Positions 1 to 9,328 of a stretch of DNA of 64,000 nt are shown here, one piece after another. The stretch is from sequence record OR427838.1; one strand, 5' to 3'. A model generated the notes under the pieces. That model worked only from the letters and a program-made list of their open reading frames with translations, ran no database searches and had not been told where the DNA came from. A program made the position numbers and the translations under genes. How positions within the stretch are numbered: the stretch's first letter is position 1; each line of letters starts with the position of its first letter. This DNA is from Escherichia phage fDHCT2.

Positions 1-1073
1 ACGGCAGTAATGGCTTGCTGCTTATGAGTAGCTATCTGAGATTTAATACTCAATGCTTTATTACGTTGTTCGGTTACTTGGTCCTTAATGAGCTTGAGTT
101 CTTGGTACTGCTCGTTAATCTTATCTAAAGATTTTTGAAGCTCAAAGTTCTTATCCTTAATTTTAGTAAGGATATTTCCGTGCTCTTCTAGCCCTTGCAT
201 ACATGTAGGACAGCTGCCACCAGTTTCGTATAATTTCACGACCTTAGTAAAGGTTGCCATATCATTCTTGATTGCAAATCCTTTATTGCTCAGGTCACTC
301 ATGGAGTTGCTAGGGTCATCATCGACGACGACATTGAGTAATTCATCAGTTAGTTTTTCTATATTGCCCTTCGCAGTCCTGGCTTCTTTAACGAGCTCGT
401 CATACATTACTTGTAGTCTTGCTGCGTTCTCGCCAGATAATTTACGTTGACGTTCTTCGTTGTCATTATAAATTTTAATCTGTTGGGTAATAGAATCCTG
501 TTTAACGTCTATCACCTGGATTTGGCTATTAGTCTCACGAATCAGAGATTTGTTCAACTTATCCATATCCGCTAGTACAGAAACCTCTAAAAGGTCTTCC
601 ACCAGCTTTCGACGCGCTGGGGTTGACAAACCCATGAAGGGGGTATACCCTGCCGTGCCAAGAACGACAATCTGTTTGAAGCTTGCATAGGACATTCCGA
701 TAAGCTGTTCAAATTCTGCTTGGAAGTCTTTACTGCTGGCAGATTCATCAAGACGTTCACCGCCACAAGAGATTTCAAAAACGTTCGGTTTTTGCCCACG
801 TTTGATGTAGTATTCTTTGCCATCATATTCCATCCACAGTTCGACCAAAAGGTCTTTCTTGTTACTTGAATTAATCAACTGCCCTTTCTTAACATCGCGA
901 AAAGGCTTACCAAACAGAGCAAATGTTACGGCTTCAAGGAATGTTGATTTCCCTGCACCATTTTTACCAGTGACTAAGGTCTTTTGGACCTTATCAAGTT
1001 GGATTGTAATAGGTTGCTGGCCTACCGACATAATATTTTTATACGTTACTTTCTTTAACTTAAACGTTTTCAT
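1..1073 (-). CDS. 46: Recombination endonuclease subunit gp46 (SbcC/Rad50-like ATPase); N-terminal part only, C-terminus lies beyond window start
   Basis: Minus-strand ORF running off the window; N-terminus MKTFKLKKVTYKNIMSVGQQPITIQLDKVQKTLVTGKNGAGKST with Walker A; matches T4 gp46 from memory; ATGA overlap with upstream ORF. Confidence 0.9.
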   Translation of the reverse strand, partial: MKTFKLKKVTYKNIMSVGQQPITIQLDKVQKTLVTGKNGAGKSTFLEAVTFALFGKPFRDVKKGQLINSSNKKDLLVELWMEYDGKEYYIKRGQKPNVFEISCGGERLDESASSKDFQAEFEQLIGMSYASFKQIVVLGTAGYTPFMGLSTPARRKLVEDLLEVSVLADMDKLNKSLIRETNSQIQVIDVKQDSITQQIKIYNDNEERQRKLSGENAARLQVMYDELVKEARTAKGNIEKLTDELLNVVVDDDPSNSMSDLSNKGFAIKNDMATFTKVVKLYETGGSCPTCMQGLEEHGNILTKIKDKNFELQKSLDKINEQYQELKLIKDQVTEQRNKALSIKSQIATHKQQAITA

Positions 1074-1294
1074 GTATTGTTCTCACGAATTGTTTGTTCA
1101 GCATATTCTAGCATTTCTTCGGAAGAAGCAAACACGTCGTCAAGTTCCATGGCCCATGAAACACCTTCAGAATATTCAGAAGTGACATACATAGTTCCGG
1201 TATACCAAGAACCATCCACGTCCCATTCTACATTACCGAACCAGCCATCGCCAATATGAAAATCATGTTTATACATTTTCATCATTATAAGCAT
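1070..1294 (-). CDS. hypothetical small protein (46.1-like position)
   Basis: 74-aa ORF between genes 47 and 46, stop overlaps gp46 start. Confidence 0.5.
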   Translation of the reverse strand: MLIMMKMYKHDFHIGDGWFGNVEWDVDGSWYTGTMYVTSEYSEGVSWAMELDDVFASSEEMLEYAEQTIRENNT

Positions 1295-1532
1295 CCTTGA
1301 TGCATGATTCAGCCATATGGATTAATGTTTCTGGAGTATCATCTACCATTACATTAAAGCTAAATTCCACAGCCCAATCGGTAGCAACATAAACTTTAAT
1401 AAGCTCGTTGGTATCACGAGTGCTCACCGCTTCAAACCAGAACTTAATTGTATTCGGTTCGTTATCATCATCTAGAACCAGGCAGTCATGCTCAAGCTCA
1501 AGACCCGATTTTTTGAATTCATCTAATGTCAT
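1269..1532 (-). CDS. hypothetical small acidic protein (46.2-like position)
   Basis: 87-aa ORF, tightly packed between 47 and 46. Confidence 0.5.
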   Translation of the reverse strand: MTLDEFKKSGLELEHDCLVLDDDNEPNTIKFWFEAVSTRDTNELIKVYVATDWAVEFSFNVMVDDTPETLIHMAESCIKDAYNDENV

Positions 1533-2551
1533 CGCGTAACCTCATTATAAAGTTGTGCAGCCATGGTTTTGAGGGCCTTAACGTCATCTTCGGTATGTCC
1601 ATCTGGTAAAGCATCGATATAATCATACATCATATCCAAGAGGGACTTAACTTCATCTTCCTCTTCAGAATCATCGATATCAACGCTGTTATCTACCTTA
1701 GACACAATACGTAAAGAGTGAACAACCTTTTCAAGCTCTGATTCGAACTTAGTAAGACCGTCATCGATTTTATCGACTATAACACGAACTGCGATATTTG
1801 TAAAATCTTTGTAATCGATAGTCGCGTTAGGATAATGAATCTTACGATGCCAACAGGTTTCATTAATGATGAAATCCATTTTATGAGTTTCGGTATCGAA
1901 AATCCAGAAACCACGAGGGTCGTTCTCATCACCTGCAGTCAGGGTCCATGGAGTACCAATGTACTTAACGTTTGCTGCATCAGAAATAGTGTGGAAGTGG
2001 CCTGACCAAACTTGCTTATACTTTTTAAGGAAATCAGGTTCTAAACCATGGGATTTCATTCCTTTATAGAAATAGAAACCATTTAATTCCCAATGCCCAA
2101 TACAGAAATCTGCTGTGGTATTTTTGATATGGTCCATGATATCGGTCGTGTTTTCTTCACACATCCATGGAATCAAATCAATTTCGGTGCCATCAAAGTT
2201 AACCGTAGTAGGTTTTTCAATAACCTTGATATGGTCATATTTACCCAGAACTTCAGAAGCAGCATTAGGAGTCAAGGTATTTTTGTAGTGCATATCATGA
2301 TTACCAACAACGGTATACATGGTAATGCCATTAGCTTTAAGCAAATCAGAGATTTCGCGAGCGAATTCCATGCACTTGTGGGTAATTGCTTTACGAACAT
2401 CAAAGATATCACCGTATTGAATCCATACAGTAATGCCATTTGCTTTAGAATAATCAATAGCGTCTTGGATACCTTGACGTTGGATATTTTGTACCCACAC
2501 ATCATCAGCCTTAACTCCAAGGTGCCAGTCACCGGTGTTTAATATTTTCAT
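1529..2551 (-). CDS. 47: Recombination endonuclease subunit gp47 (Mre11/SbcD-like metallophosphoesterase)
   Basis: MKILNTGDWHLG N-terminus, GNHD and GHFH phosphoesterase motifs; start placed at internal Met (track ORF begins 9 codons upstream). Confidence 0.9.
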   Translation of the reverse strand: MKILNTGDWHLGVKADDVWVQNIQRQGIQDAIDYSKANGITVWIQYGDIFDVRKAITHKCMEFAREISDLLKANGITMYTVVGNHDMHYKNTLTPNAASEVLGKYDHIKVIEKPTTVNFDGTEIDLIPWMCEENTTDIMDHIKNTTADFCIGHWELNGFYFYKGMKSHGLEPDFLKKYKQVWSGHFHTISDAANVKYIGTPWTLTAGDENDPRGFWIFDTETHKMDFIINETCWHRKIHYPNATIDYKDFTNIAVRVIVDKIDDGLTKFESELEKVVHSLRIVSKVDNSVDIDDSEEEDEVKSLLDMMYDYIDALPDGHTEDDVKALKTMAAQLYNEVTR

Positions 2552-2693
2552 AAGCCAAGCGCCGTTATCGAAATACAAAATAAAATTATTGAAATGAACC
2601 CGTCAGAAGTGGAAAAGAATCCTATCCAACAAGCTCTTGTGAATGTGTAGAATGCCATGAATAACACGACATATCCTAAAAATAATTCCATAT
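2548..2693 (-). CDS. small hydrophobic peptide (~47 aa)
   Basis: SD gaggag + ATG; stop overlaps gp47 start (ATGA); below 60-aa track cutoff. Confidence 0.3.
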
Positions 2694-2711
2694 GTTCTCC
2701 TCAGTTGGTTC

Positions 2712-2740
2712 ATTTTATCATCCGAATATAAAGCAAAAAA
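2712..2740 (-). promoter_or_regulatory. candidate MotA-dependent middle promoter (GCTTTA box, 11 nt, TAAAAT)
   Basis: minus-strand ttttttGCTTTAtattcggatgaTAAAAT immediately after terminator T-run. Confidence 0.3.
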
Positions 2741-2754
2741 GGAGCCTAAGCTCC
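2735..2754 (-). terminator. rho-independent terminator
   Basis: minus-strand ggagcttaggctcc hairpin followed by TTTTTT. Confidence 0.5.
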
Positions 2755-2977
2755 TTTACCAATTAATACACCGTACAGAGGTTCGTGATTAGACCTGAAC
2801 TTGATAGGCTTATAGGTAATAGTACCTTCATTTTCCGCTTTAATACGAGCAGCTTCAAATTTAAGTATCATCTCATTTTTGTCAGATTTAATCTTATCAA
2901 AATCCGTCGAATTCGTCATTCATAAAACCTCTTAAACTTTTTCGTATTCGTCATTCATTAGCCTGCAGTCCATGTTA

Positions 2978-3178
2978 TCATCGCTGCCACCATTTCTTAA
3001 GTTGATGAGAATCTACCCAAACCTTGGCTACAGGTTCAATCTGAAAAATTCCATCAGAATACTGACCAACCATTTTGTATTCGGTTTCGGACTGCTTAAT
3101 ACAGATATTACCGTATGAGCGAAGTCTGAAAGCGGCTCCAACAAGAAGCCGTTTAAAGGGTTTATTTACTAAGGCCAT
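2978..3178 (-). CDS. hypothetical protein
   Basis: 66-aa ORF in tight minus-strand array. Confidence 0.4.
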   Translation of the reverse strand: MALVNKPFKRLLVGAAFRLRSYGNICIKQSETEYKMVGQYSDGIFQIEPVAKVWVDSHQLKKWWQR

Positions 3179-3473
3179 TGACGATTTCCCAAATTTGTTT
3201 GCGGGTAGATTCCCACATCAATTGAACAAGTTCATCAGTAACAGGTTGACGGTAAATACCGCGTAATTTAATTAAAGCGTACTTATATGCTTCAAAGTTG
3301 TTTTCAAGTACAGCGCCTTGGGCATGGAGATTTAAACGACGGATTTCACGAGCATTCTTCTTAAGAATCTTAGCCGCTTGCGAATTAGCTTCTTTAATAT
3401 TGTGCTCTTCTAAACGTTGCTGGGCTTCTTCAATTTGCTCATCAGTCAATTGAGAAATGTCATGGCTTTGCAT
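3162..3473 (-). CDS. hypothetical protein
   Basis: 103-aa ORF, helical/charged. Confidence 0.5.
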   Translation of the reverse strand: MQSHDISQLTDEQIEEAQQRLEEHNIKEANSQAAKILKKNAREIRRLNLHAQGAVLENNFEAYKYALIKLRGIYRQPVTDELVQLMWESTRKQIWEIVNGLSK

Positions 3474-3474
3474 A

Positions 3475-3741
3475 TTAATCCTTTGGAGTCAATTCGATAG
3501 TGAAGTAGAAATTAGCGTTCTCAACATGATAACGATAATCTACGTTATTGTCAGGAGAAGTGAATTCAATATTCCTGACGTTAAGTGGGTCAATATCAAT
3601 AGGAAGGCCTTTAACATCCCGTAATATCAATTTAATAAAATAAGGGAGTGCTTCGAAGTCTTCCATTCCATCTAAAAGTGGAGTGATATTAATCTGATGT
3701 TCCATATAAAAAATCCAGTTCGCCAACTTTAGGTTCGGCAC
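3475..3741 (-). CDS. hypothetical protein
   Basis: 88-aa ORF immediately downstream of gene 55; start may be an internal Met. Confidence 0.45.
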   Translation of the reverse strand: MPNLKLANWIFYMEHQINITPLLDGMEDFEALPYFIKLILRDVKGLPIDIDPLNVRNIEFTSPDNNVDYRYHVENANFYFTIELTPKD

Positions 3742-4246
3742 TCTTATCAGACCCTGGTGCTTTAGTTAAAGAGGTTTCATACTGTGTCATTTTATCGTAG
3801 ATATCTTGGATAAAGGTTTCATCTGCAATACCTACCATATCGTCATCATTACTGTCATAGACATTATGGACGAAGTAGCTGTATTTCTTTGCCATTTCTT
3901 TACGTTCTTTCTTGATACGCTGAACAAAGGCATTAAAACAAGCCATAGTGATATATGCATGTGGGTTGTCGTATTTTGTTTCGTCGAAGTTGTGAAGACC
4001 TTTAATAGAAGCTTCGATTCCATCAGCAATCATTTCTTGCTTCCAGGATTGGGTATACCCGGAGAAGTTGAAACGCTTAGAAAGGCCTTCAGCAATGAGC
4101 ATAATAGCCAAGCCGATAACATCGTTCTGACGAACTATTTTATTAGGATCGGTATTTTCTCGGAGCTCTGTTTTCCACTGGGTAATGGCTTTCAGAAGCT
4201 CCTTATTATTTACATAGTTATTTTTAGTCAGTTTAATTTCGGTCAT
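3689..4246 (-). CDS. 55: Late-transcription sigma factor gp55
   Basis: 185 aa; [63 protein letters not shown] match T4 gp55 from memory. Confidence 0.9.
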   Translation of the reverse strand: MTEIKLTKNNYVNNKELLKAITQWKTELRENTDPNKIVRQNDVIGLAIMLIAEGLSKRFNFSGYTQSWKQEMIADGIEASIKGLHNFDETKYDNPHAYITMACFNAFVQRIKKERKEMAKKYSYFVHNVYDSNDDDMVGIADETFIQDIYDKMTQYETSLTKAPGSDKSAEPKVGELDFLYGTSD

Positions 4247-4312
4247 TGTTACCTCAGATAACTCAAATCATAGGTCTATTATATCATAGTATTTGAAGAC
4301 CCGTTTAAAGCA

Positions 4313-4576
4313 TCAACGGAGTAAGCAATAAGCCTGAAATACTGTTTCAAGAATTTTTTTGAACTCTTCAAAGGAAGGGGCCCCTTCAAACCCTTGGCTT
4401 TGAATGTAAAGGCAGAATTGTTGGTAAAGAACCAAATATTCGGATTGATTATATTTGGAAATATGAGACTTCCACACTTCAGAAGTCTCTCCGCAAATAA
4501 ACTCAACATTCATATAGTTATCTATTAAGAAAAATCCTAAGCCTTCATAAGCTAATGTTATGGATACAGGCGTCAT
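4313..4576 (-). CDS. hypothetical protein
   Basis: 87-aa ORF; 4-nt overlap with upstream ORF. Confidence 0.5.
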   Translation of the reverse strand: MTPVSITLAYEGLGFFLIDNYMNVEFICGETSEVWKSHISKYNQSEYLVLYQQFCLYIQSQGFEGAPSFEEFKKILETVFQAYCLLR

Positions 4577-4839
4577 TGTAGGAATCTGGCTCCTTCTAGT
4601 GCATCATCAAGATTATCAAACTCATCAACGTAATCAATACCGCCGACCTCATCTTTAGCGTATAGCCAGTACTGTTTAAATTCATATTCAATAATAAAGT
4701 GGTCACCCTCAATCTGGAGAACCCCATCACTATTAAATTGAACTGCATAACCGGTAAAGCGGACATCATTCAAGAGTTCTTCTTTCATAGCAATCATTTC
4801 CAAGTTTTTATCGTAATTAGAGAGTTTTATTTTAATCAT
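4573..4839 (-). CDS. hypothetical protein
   Basis: 88-aa ORF. Confidence 0.5.
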   Translation of the reverse strand: MIKIKLSNYDKNLEMIAMKEELLNDVRFTGYAVQFNSDGVLQIEGDHFIIEYEFKQYWLYAKDEVGGIDYVDEFDNLDDALEGARFLQ

Positions 4840-5080
4840 TTAAATAATCCTCAAATTCATTTAATGTCATGCCTTCGTCCCAAGCTATTTTAGGATCGGG
4901 CATTTTCATATAAGTGGTCTTAGAGCTTATAGGAAATATCCTGAAATCGCGATGACTTCCACTTAACATATTAGCCGCTTTTATAATAGTTTCACTATTA
5001 TTCATCATAGGGGTACGTTGGAAACCGGCTAAAGCTTTAAGGACTATTATAACCGATACATCTTCAGGCAAATTACTCAT
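4832..5080 (-). CDS. hypothetical protein
   Basis: 82-aa ORF. Confidence 0.5.
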   Translation of the reverse strand: MSNLPEDVSVIIVLKALAGFQRTPMMNNSETIIKAANMLSGSHRDFRIFPISSKTTYMKMPDPKIAWDEGMTLNEFEDYLND

Positions 5081-5406
5081 TTCGCAGCCTTAACAATTTT
5101 CAGGTCAACGAATTTTTTCTTACGTTGATTCTTCATACGACGGATGGTTTTGTCTGTGATTTCACCTGGCTGCCAAGCTTTAGATTCAACACCAAAGGCG
5201 GCCACATCAAACTCGTCGAGAATATATTGAACCAGGATTTCACGAATACCGTTCTTACCAATTTTTTGGTCTTTAGAGTGCATGATTGGTAACAGTTCAG
5301 CAACCCATTGGTCAAGAACCTGAGGAGTTACAAAGCCGGTTTTCATCAGTTCGTTAACTTTATCGAAAGCGAAAGAGTTCAGTACGTTTTTAATAGCTTG
5401 TGACAT
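5077..5406 (-). CDS. hypothetical protein (basic C-terminus)
   Basis: 109-aa ORF preceded by gaggaaa SD. Confidence 0.5.
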   Translation of the reverse strand: MSQAIKNVLNSFAFDKVNELMKTGFVTPQVLDQWVAELLPIMHSKDQKIGKNGIREILVQYILDEFDVAAFGVESKAWQPGEITDKTIRRMKNQRKKKFVDLKIVKAAK

Positions 5407-5474
5407 AATAATTTCCTCAGTTTAAAATTTATAATCCATGGGACCATTATACTCGGGTCCCAAGAGTTTGTAAA

Positions 5475-5675
5475 CTATTTTTGTGCTAATGCGCCTTTCC
5501 AACCTTCATACATCATTGCGGCCGATATTAATATTGCTCCTGAGCATTTTGAATATTTGTTATTCCAAAACCAGTTTAGAAAAACTTCATCATCAATACC
5601 TTGGGCTATCATATTTTCAAAGAACTGACGTCGAGATTCAGCAATTCGCTGTGATAATTTAGATTCAGGATTCAT
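5475..5675 (-). CDS. hypothetical protein
   Basis: 66-aa ORF. Confidence 0.45.
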   Translation of the reverse strand: MNPESKLSQRIAESRRQFFENMIAQGIDDEVFLNWFWNNKYSKCSGAILISAAMMYEGWKGALAQK

Positions 5676-5900
5676 TTAAATTTTCCAGTTACCGTGTTTA
5701 TCAATGAATTTAATCCAGTCATTTACTGACCACGTGGTTGTATCGCCCTTTGGACTGACATTTAAAGTGTATAGTCCTTGCTTAAAAAGCATCCGTTTGA
5801 TATTCATATTTTCCTCAGCTGTAACGATAGCATTCGTTTGATTTACGTTTTGCAACTTGATGAGAAGTATTGTAATCAGGTTCATCGTCGTTGTAAACAT
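5676..5900 (-). CDS. hypothetical protein (true start possibly internal Met near 5807)
   Basis: 74-aa ORF overlapping the 3' end of the next ORF. Confidence 0.35.
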   Translation of the reverse strand: MFTTTMNLITILLIKLQNVNQTNAIVTAEENMNIKRMLFKQGLYTLNVSPKGDTTTWSVNDWIKFIDKHGNWKI

Positions 5901-6108
5901 CTTTTTTCAGCTTTCTCACTTCTTTACGAAGCTGGCGATTCATTTCATTCTTAACTTCAGAATCAACACCGCGCATACGTTTCCACTTGTCGGAACGGAA
6001 GATATTTTCTTCAACTCGTTCCTGACTTACGCCGTCTGGTGCTTTACGGCGTCCGGAATAATAAAAATCTTTTACAGACAATTCTTTACGACGGATAGTT
6101 TTACCCAT
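5815..6108 (-). CDS. hypothetical highly basic protein
   Basis: 97-aa Lys/Arg-rich ORF. Confidence 0.45.
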   Translation of the reverse strand: MGKTIRRKELSVKDFYYSGRRKAPDGVSQERVEENIFRSDKWKRMRGVDSEVKNEMNRQLRKEVRKLKKDVYNDDEPDYNTSHQVAKRKSNECYRYS

Positions 6109-6110
6109 AG

Positions 6111-6365
6111 TTACCTCAACAGTTTGTATCCAATAAGATTTTTAATGTACTGGATGTCTTTGACATCCAAATCCAACTTAATATCTTTCAAGCGCTCAGC
6201 CAGAGTAAGAAATGTTACTCGCTTCCAATTCTTAACCGGACAGCAATAAGTTTTCGGCCCGTTAGCGATTTCAATATTTTTATCTGTGGCGGTGATAAAA
6301 ATCAAACGTTCATCATCAAGATTAAGGGTGATGACATTTTTCATTGAATGTAATTTCAGGCTCAT
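6111..6365 (-). CDS. hypothetical protein
   Basis: 84-aa ORF. Confidence 0.45.
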   Translation of the reverse strand: MSLKLHSMKNVITLNLDDERLIFITATDKNIEIANGPKTYCCPVKNWKRVTFLTLAERLKDIKLDLDVKDIQYIKNLIGYKLLR

Positions 6366-6544
6366 AATTTAATTTCCTTGGCTATCGAACAAAACAAACT
6401 ACGGTCACATACCATCATTGGAATATTTCTATGGTCCAGTACACGATACCATACGTCTGAATCGCTAGCAGCAATTACACGAACCGCACGCCCGTTTACC
6501 AAATAATACTGGTCGGCTTTAATTTCTTTATCTTGGATAGTCAT
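6362..6544 (-). CDS. hypothetical protein
   Basis: 60-aa ORF directly downstream of an early promoter. Confidence 0.5.
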   Translation of the reverse strand: MTIQDKEIKADQYYLVNGRAVRVIAASDSDVWYRVLDHRNIPMMVCDRSLFCSIAKEIKL

Positions 6545-6573
6545 AATGTTCTCCTCATGTGTTGATAGGATAG

Positions 6574-6602
6574 ACTATAACACGTGAGGAGAGGAAGTAA
6601 AC
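6574..6602 (-). promoter_or_regulatory. T4-type early sigma70 promoter
   Basis: minus-strand GTTTAC-17nt-TATAGT with TGn; -10 flanked by inverted repeat ctcctcacgtgt/acacatgaggag that includes the SD. Confidence 0.55.
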
Positions 6603-6603
6603 A

Positions 6604-6921
6604 CTAATCTTCAATTAAATCTCGGTCATAACCAAGTTCAATCAAAAGTGCTTTAAAAGCAGGAATATTTTCTATTTTCTTATTATCAACAAAGATGACA
6701 GGATAGCGTATAGCTAAGCTCTTGAAGCCGGCCCGTTTGGCCAATGATACTATAAGAGGCTTGTCATATACTGCGCCTGACAGCGTCCGGTTAATCACAG
6801 GATAGAAAGTATGTGGGATAGAAAGGGAATTTAGGAGCGATAGAACAGCAATGCACCCTGGACAGCGCATGACTGTCTCAGGGATACCGTAAATCTCAAT
6901 TTTAGTTAACTTTTGGTCCAC
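6604..6921 (-). CDS. thioredoxin/glutaredoxin-fold protein (CPGC active-site motif)
   Basis: KIEIYG beta-strand followed by CPGC; 105 aa. Confidence 0.55.
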   Translation of the reverse strand: MDQKLTKIEIYGIPETVMRCPGCIAVLSLLNSLSIPHTFYPVINRTLSGAVYDKPLIVSLAKRAGFKSLAIRYPVIFVDNKKIENIPAFKALLIELGYDRDLIED

Positions 6922-7198
6922 AGGAAATAACTCCTTGGTAGTCCCAAGTTTTTAGAACTTCGTCTTCATTAGTTCCATATGGGACGTAAATCTGGATAAG
7001 GAACCCAGTATCATCAAAAGAGAAGTAGACAGTAGGTTTAATACCATGAATCTCTGACAGAGCATAGATGTCCTTGAGGTCGTCTTCCTTACCTTTAAAG
7101 AATTCAGGGTTCAGGTCACAGTCATGGAAGTACCAATCATCACCAAACTTGTCCCATGCGGTCCAATTCAAAGCTACATATTCTTCAAAACGTTTCAT
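6902..7198 (-). CDS. hypothetical protein
   Basis: 98-aa ORF. Confidence 0.45.
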   Translation of the reverse strand: MKRFEEYVALNWTAWDKFGDDWYFHDCDLNPEFFKGKEDDLKDIYALSEIHGIKPTVYFSFDDTGFLIQIYVPYGTNEDEVLKTWDYQGVISCGPKVN

Positions 7199-7422
7199 TC
7201 TTTCACCTTCATCATTTTTGCTATAACACTATGAACAGCCTGGATTCGTTTGTTGAACTCAGACCCTTCAAGACCTTTTTCAGTACTCAGCGCACCAATA
7301 ATAACGAACAGCAATCCAAATGGGATGGCCAGGATTAAAAGGCACACGATAAACAGAACTAATGTAATATTGGCCAGGATATCAGAAACAGCATTACGAA
7401 ATTTATTCATTAAAGAACCCAC
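7195..7422 (-). CDS. small membrane protein
   Basis: 75 aa with a long hydrophobic stretch LANITLVLFIVCLLILAIPFGLLFVIIGAL. Confidence 0.5.
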   Translation of the reverse strand: MGSLMNKFRNAVSDILANITLVLFIVCLLILAIPFGLLFVIIGALSTEKGLEGSEFNKRIQAVHSVIAKMMKVKE

Positions 7423-7531
7423 ATATTAGTTACAACAAATAACCATTGAGCAGGATACTCAACACCCATAATACGCACTGCATCGTTCAGAGATTCAGCT
7501 AGAGCATAGAATGTGTAGCCATAAAAATTAA

Positions 7532-8005
7532 TCATTTAAGCGATTTCCTCAGTTGTTTTTTAAATGAATCGACCATTTGTTTCTTTGTGTCAGATTCATT
7601 ATAAGTCATTCCATGTGAAAGCATTTCAGCAATCATTTCTTCCTTACCTAATCTACTGAACTCTTTGGTTTTATCAGGAACGAAATTAGGATGGATATTG
7701 TTTTCAGTGTAATCAGATTTCAGATAGACCAGCAAATTCTCTAACCATTCGAGGTAGTCAACGTTTTGACCTTTAAGACCAGAACGGTTGAACTTATGCT
7801 TCATTTGTCCTTCTGCAGCATTGCACAGGTTACATAGTAAACCACGAACCTTACCGGCTTTCGGCCCATTCAATTCATGGTCGTGGTCAAGGTGGTTACT
7901 TTGAACATCAGGGTTTAATTCACGTTTACAAATCAAACACTTACCATGTTGTACATCATAAAGTTTTTGTTTTTCTTCTTTGTATAGTTTGCCAGTCAAC
8001 AACAT
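7532..8005 (-). CDS. 49: Endonuclease VII (Holliday-junction resolvase) gp49
   Basis: 157 aa; MLLTGKLYKEEKQKLYD...HLDHDHELNGPKAGKVRGLLCNLCN matches T4 gp49 from memory. Confidence 0.9.
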   Translation of the reverse strand: MLLTGKLYKEEKQKLYDVQHGKCLICKRELNPDVQSNHLDHDHELNGPKAGKVRGLLCNLCNAAEGQMKHKFNRSGLKGQNVDYLEWLENLLVYLKSDYTENNIHPNFVPDKTKEFSRLGKEEMIAEMLSHGMTYNESDTKKQMVDSFKKQLRKSLK

Positions 8006-8134
8006 AATAAACCCTTACCATTATTAGATAAGGGTATTTATTAATATCCTAATAGTTTAGCAGTGCAACTTAGCACTAACAACAATCCGAATAAAACGAC
8101 TCCGACCCAAAATACCGTAATAAGATCATCCATA

Positions 8135-8311
8135 TCAGACCCCGTAGAACGAGCGATGTAACCGTTTAAATTGACGAATCATCTTTTTGGTAGGACGGGT
8201 GTATAACCCTACACAGGTGGCCATAAACTGGTCAGTAGGACTTCCTTTGATAAGAAGTTTCCAGACCTTGTCACCATTTAACTTTTCAGTATAGACTAAT
8301 ACAGTTTTCAT
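8135..8311 (-). CDS. small hypothetical protein (58 aa)
   Basis: ATG ORF below the 60-aa track cutoff, in an otherwise unannotated 600-bp stretch. Confidence 0.3.
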   Translation of the reverse strand: MKTVLVYTEKLNGDKVWKLLIKGSPTDQFMATCVGLYTRPTKKMIRQFKRLHRSFYGV

Positions 8312-8484
8312 CAGAACGCCTTATCAGCAAAGCGAAGTTGGGCTTCAAGCCAATGGATATAATCCGCTGCAGCAGAAATCAAAGCAGATTCTTCATCAGG
8401 TAACTTACGAGAATCCGACAACTCGTAAAGCGAATGTTCAATCAGACGGCCTTTATGACGGCCGATTTCAATTTTGGTACTCAT
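8311..8484 (-). CDS. small hypothetical protein (57 aa)
   Basis: ATG ORF; stop overlaps start of the next small ORF. Confidence 0.3.
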   Translation of the reverse strand: MSTKIEIGRHKGRLIEHSLYELSDSRKLPDEESALISAAADYIHWLEAQLRFADKAF

Positions 8485-8600
8485 ATCCAAACCCCATATC
8501 GATTAAATCATTGTTTGAAGGTTCATTATACTCTATTTCGGAATCGTTGTAAACCGGTTCCTCTGGCTCGGTAGTTTTCCACCGAGCGACATACCATGGC

Positions 8601-8909
8601 TTAACGGTCACACCACCAACTACTTACTTCAAAATCAGGTTCACCGTGTTCCCAGTACCAAGGGCCGACTGGGTGCCAATCGCCATGTTCATCTTCTTCA
8701 AATTCTTCAGATTCAAGCCCAACATATTGCCATTGGACTTCATAAGCAGTACCACCGATTACAACGGTGTTCTCGCCATATGGGTGAGCTACAGCAAAGT
8801 CTATACCTTCTGCTTTAGCCAGCCAAACCATATATTCGTATAGTTTATATTCCAGGTCATCTTCGATGCCATCACCTAGAAAAATGGTTTGTTCGTTTAA
8901 TTCAATCAT
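8601..8909 (-). CDS. hypothetical acidic Trp-rich protein
   Basis: track ORF starts with a non-ATG codon; first ATG gives MIELNEQ... (102 aa). Confidence 0.45.
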   Translation of the reverse strand: MIELNEQTIFLGDGIEDDLEYKLYEYMVWLAKAEGIDFAVAHPYGENTVVIGGTAYEVQWQYVGLESEEFEEDEHGDWHPVGPWYWEHGEPDFEVSSWWCDR

Positions 8910-9063
8910 TTGAAGTTCCAGAATGAAGCACCAACCAGAAATAAAGGCCAACAAATCATAGACGTCAGCCACCAACAAAAATCACCGGAATCATCTAATT
9001 TAGCTAGGGTCTTAGCATAACCAATACCGATGATAAGATATAAAACAACCAACATTAATTCAA

Positions 9064-9327
9064 TCATTTGAAATAAGCTCGCAGTTGGTCAAAGCCACCA
9101 ATATGACTTCCATCCGGAGCAAATACCTGAGGCATAGTCAAACCCACCTGAGATTCGCGACCAAGAGCAGTCAAGAGTTCAGCAATCTTCTCATCATCAA
9201 ATACACCTTTTTCAGGCATCACGTTAATGAATTCGTAAGGTTGTTTCTTAACATCAAGCAGACGTTTGGCATTATCACAGAAAACACAGCGGTGAATATT
9301 TGAATCGTAACCATAAACTTTAAACAT
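9064..9327 (-). CDS. nrdC: Glutaredoxin NrdC
   Basis: 87 aa; MFKVYGYDSNIHRCVFCDNAKRLL with CxxC; matches T4 NrdC from memory. Confidence 0.85.
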   Translation of the reverse strand: MFKVYGYDSNIHRCVFCDNAKRLLDVKKQPYEFINVMPEKGVFDDEKIAELLTALGRESQVGLTMPQVFAPDGSHIGGFDQLRAYFK

Positions 9328-9328
9328 T

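Noticed and set aside
4279-4509. 76-aa minus-strand ORF overlapping 4313..4576 in another frame
   Set aside because: The 4313..4576 ORF fits the operon packing (4-nt overlap with its upstream neighbour); the alternative frame has no SD.
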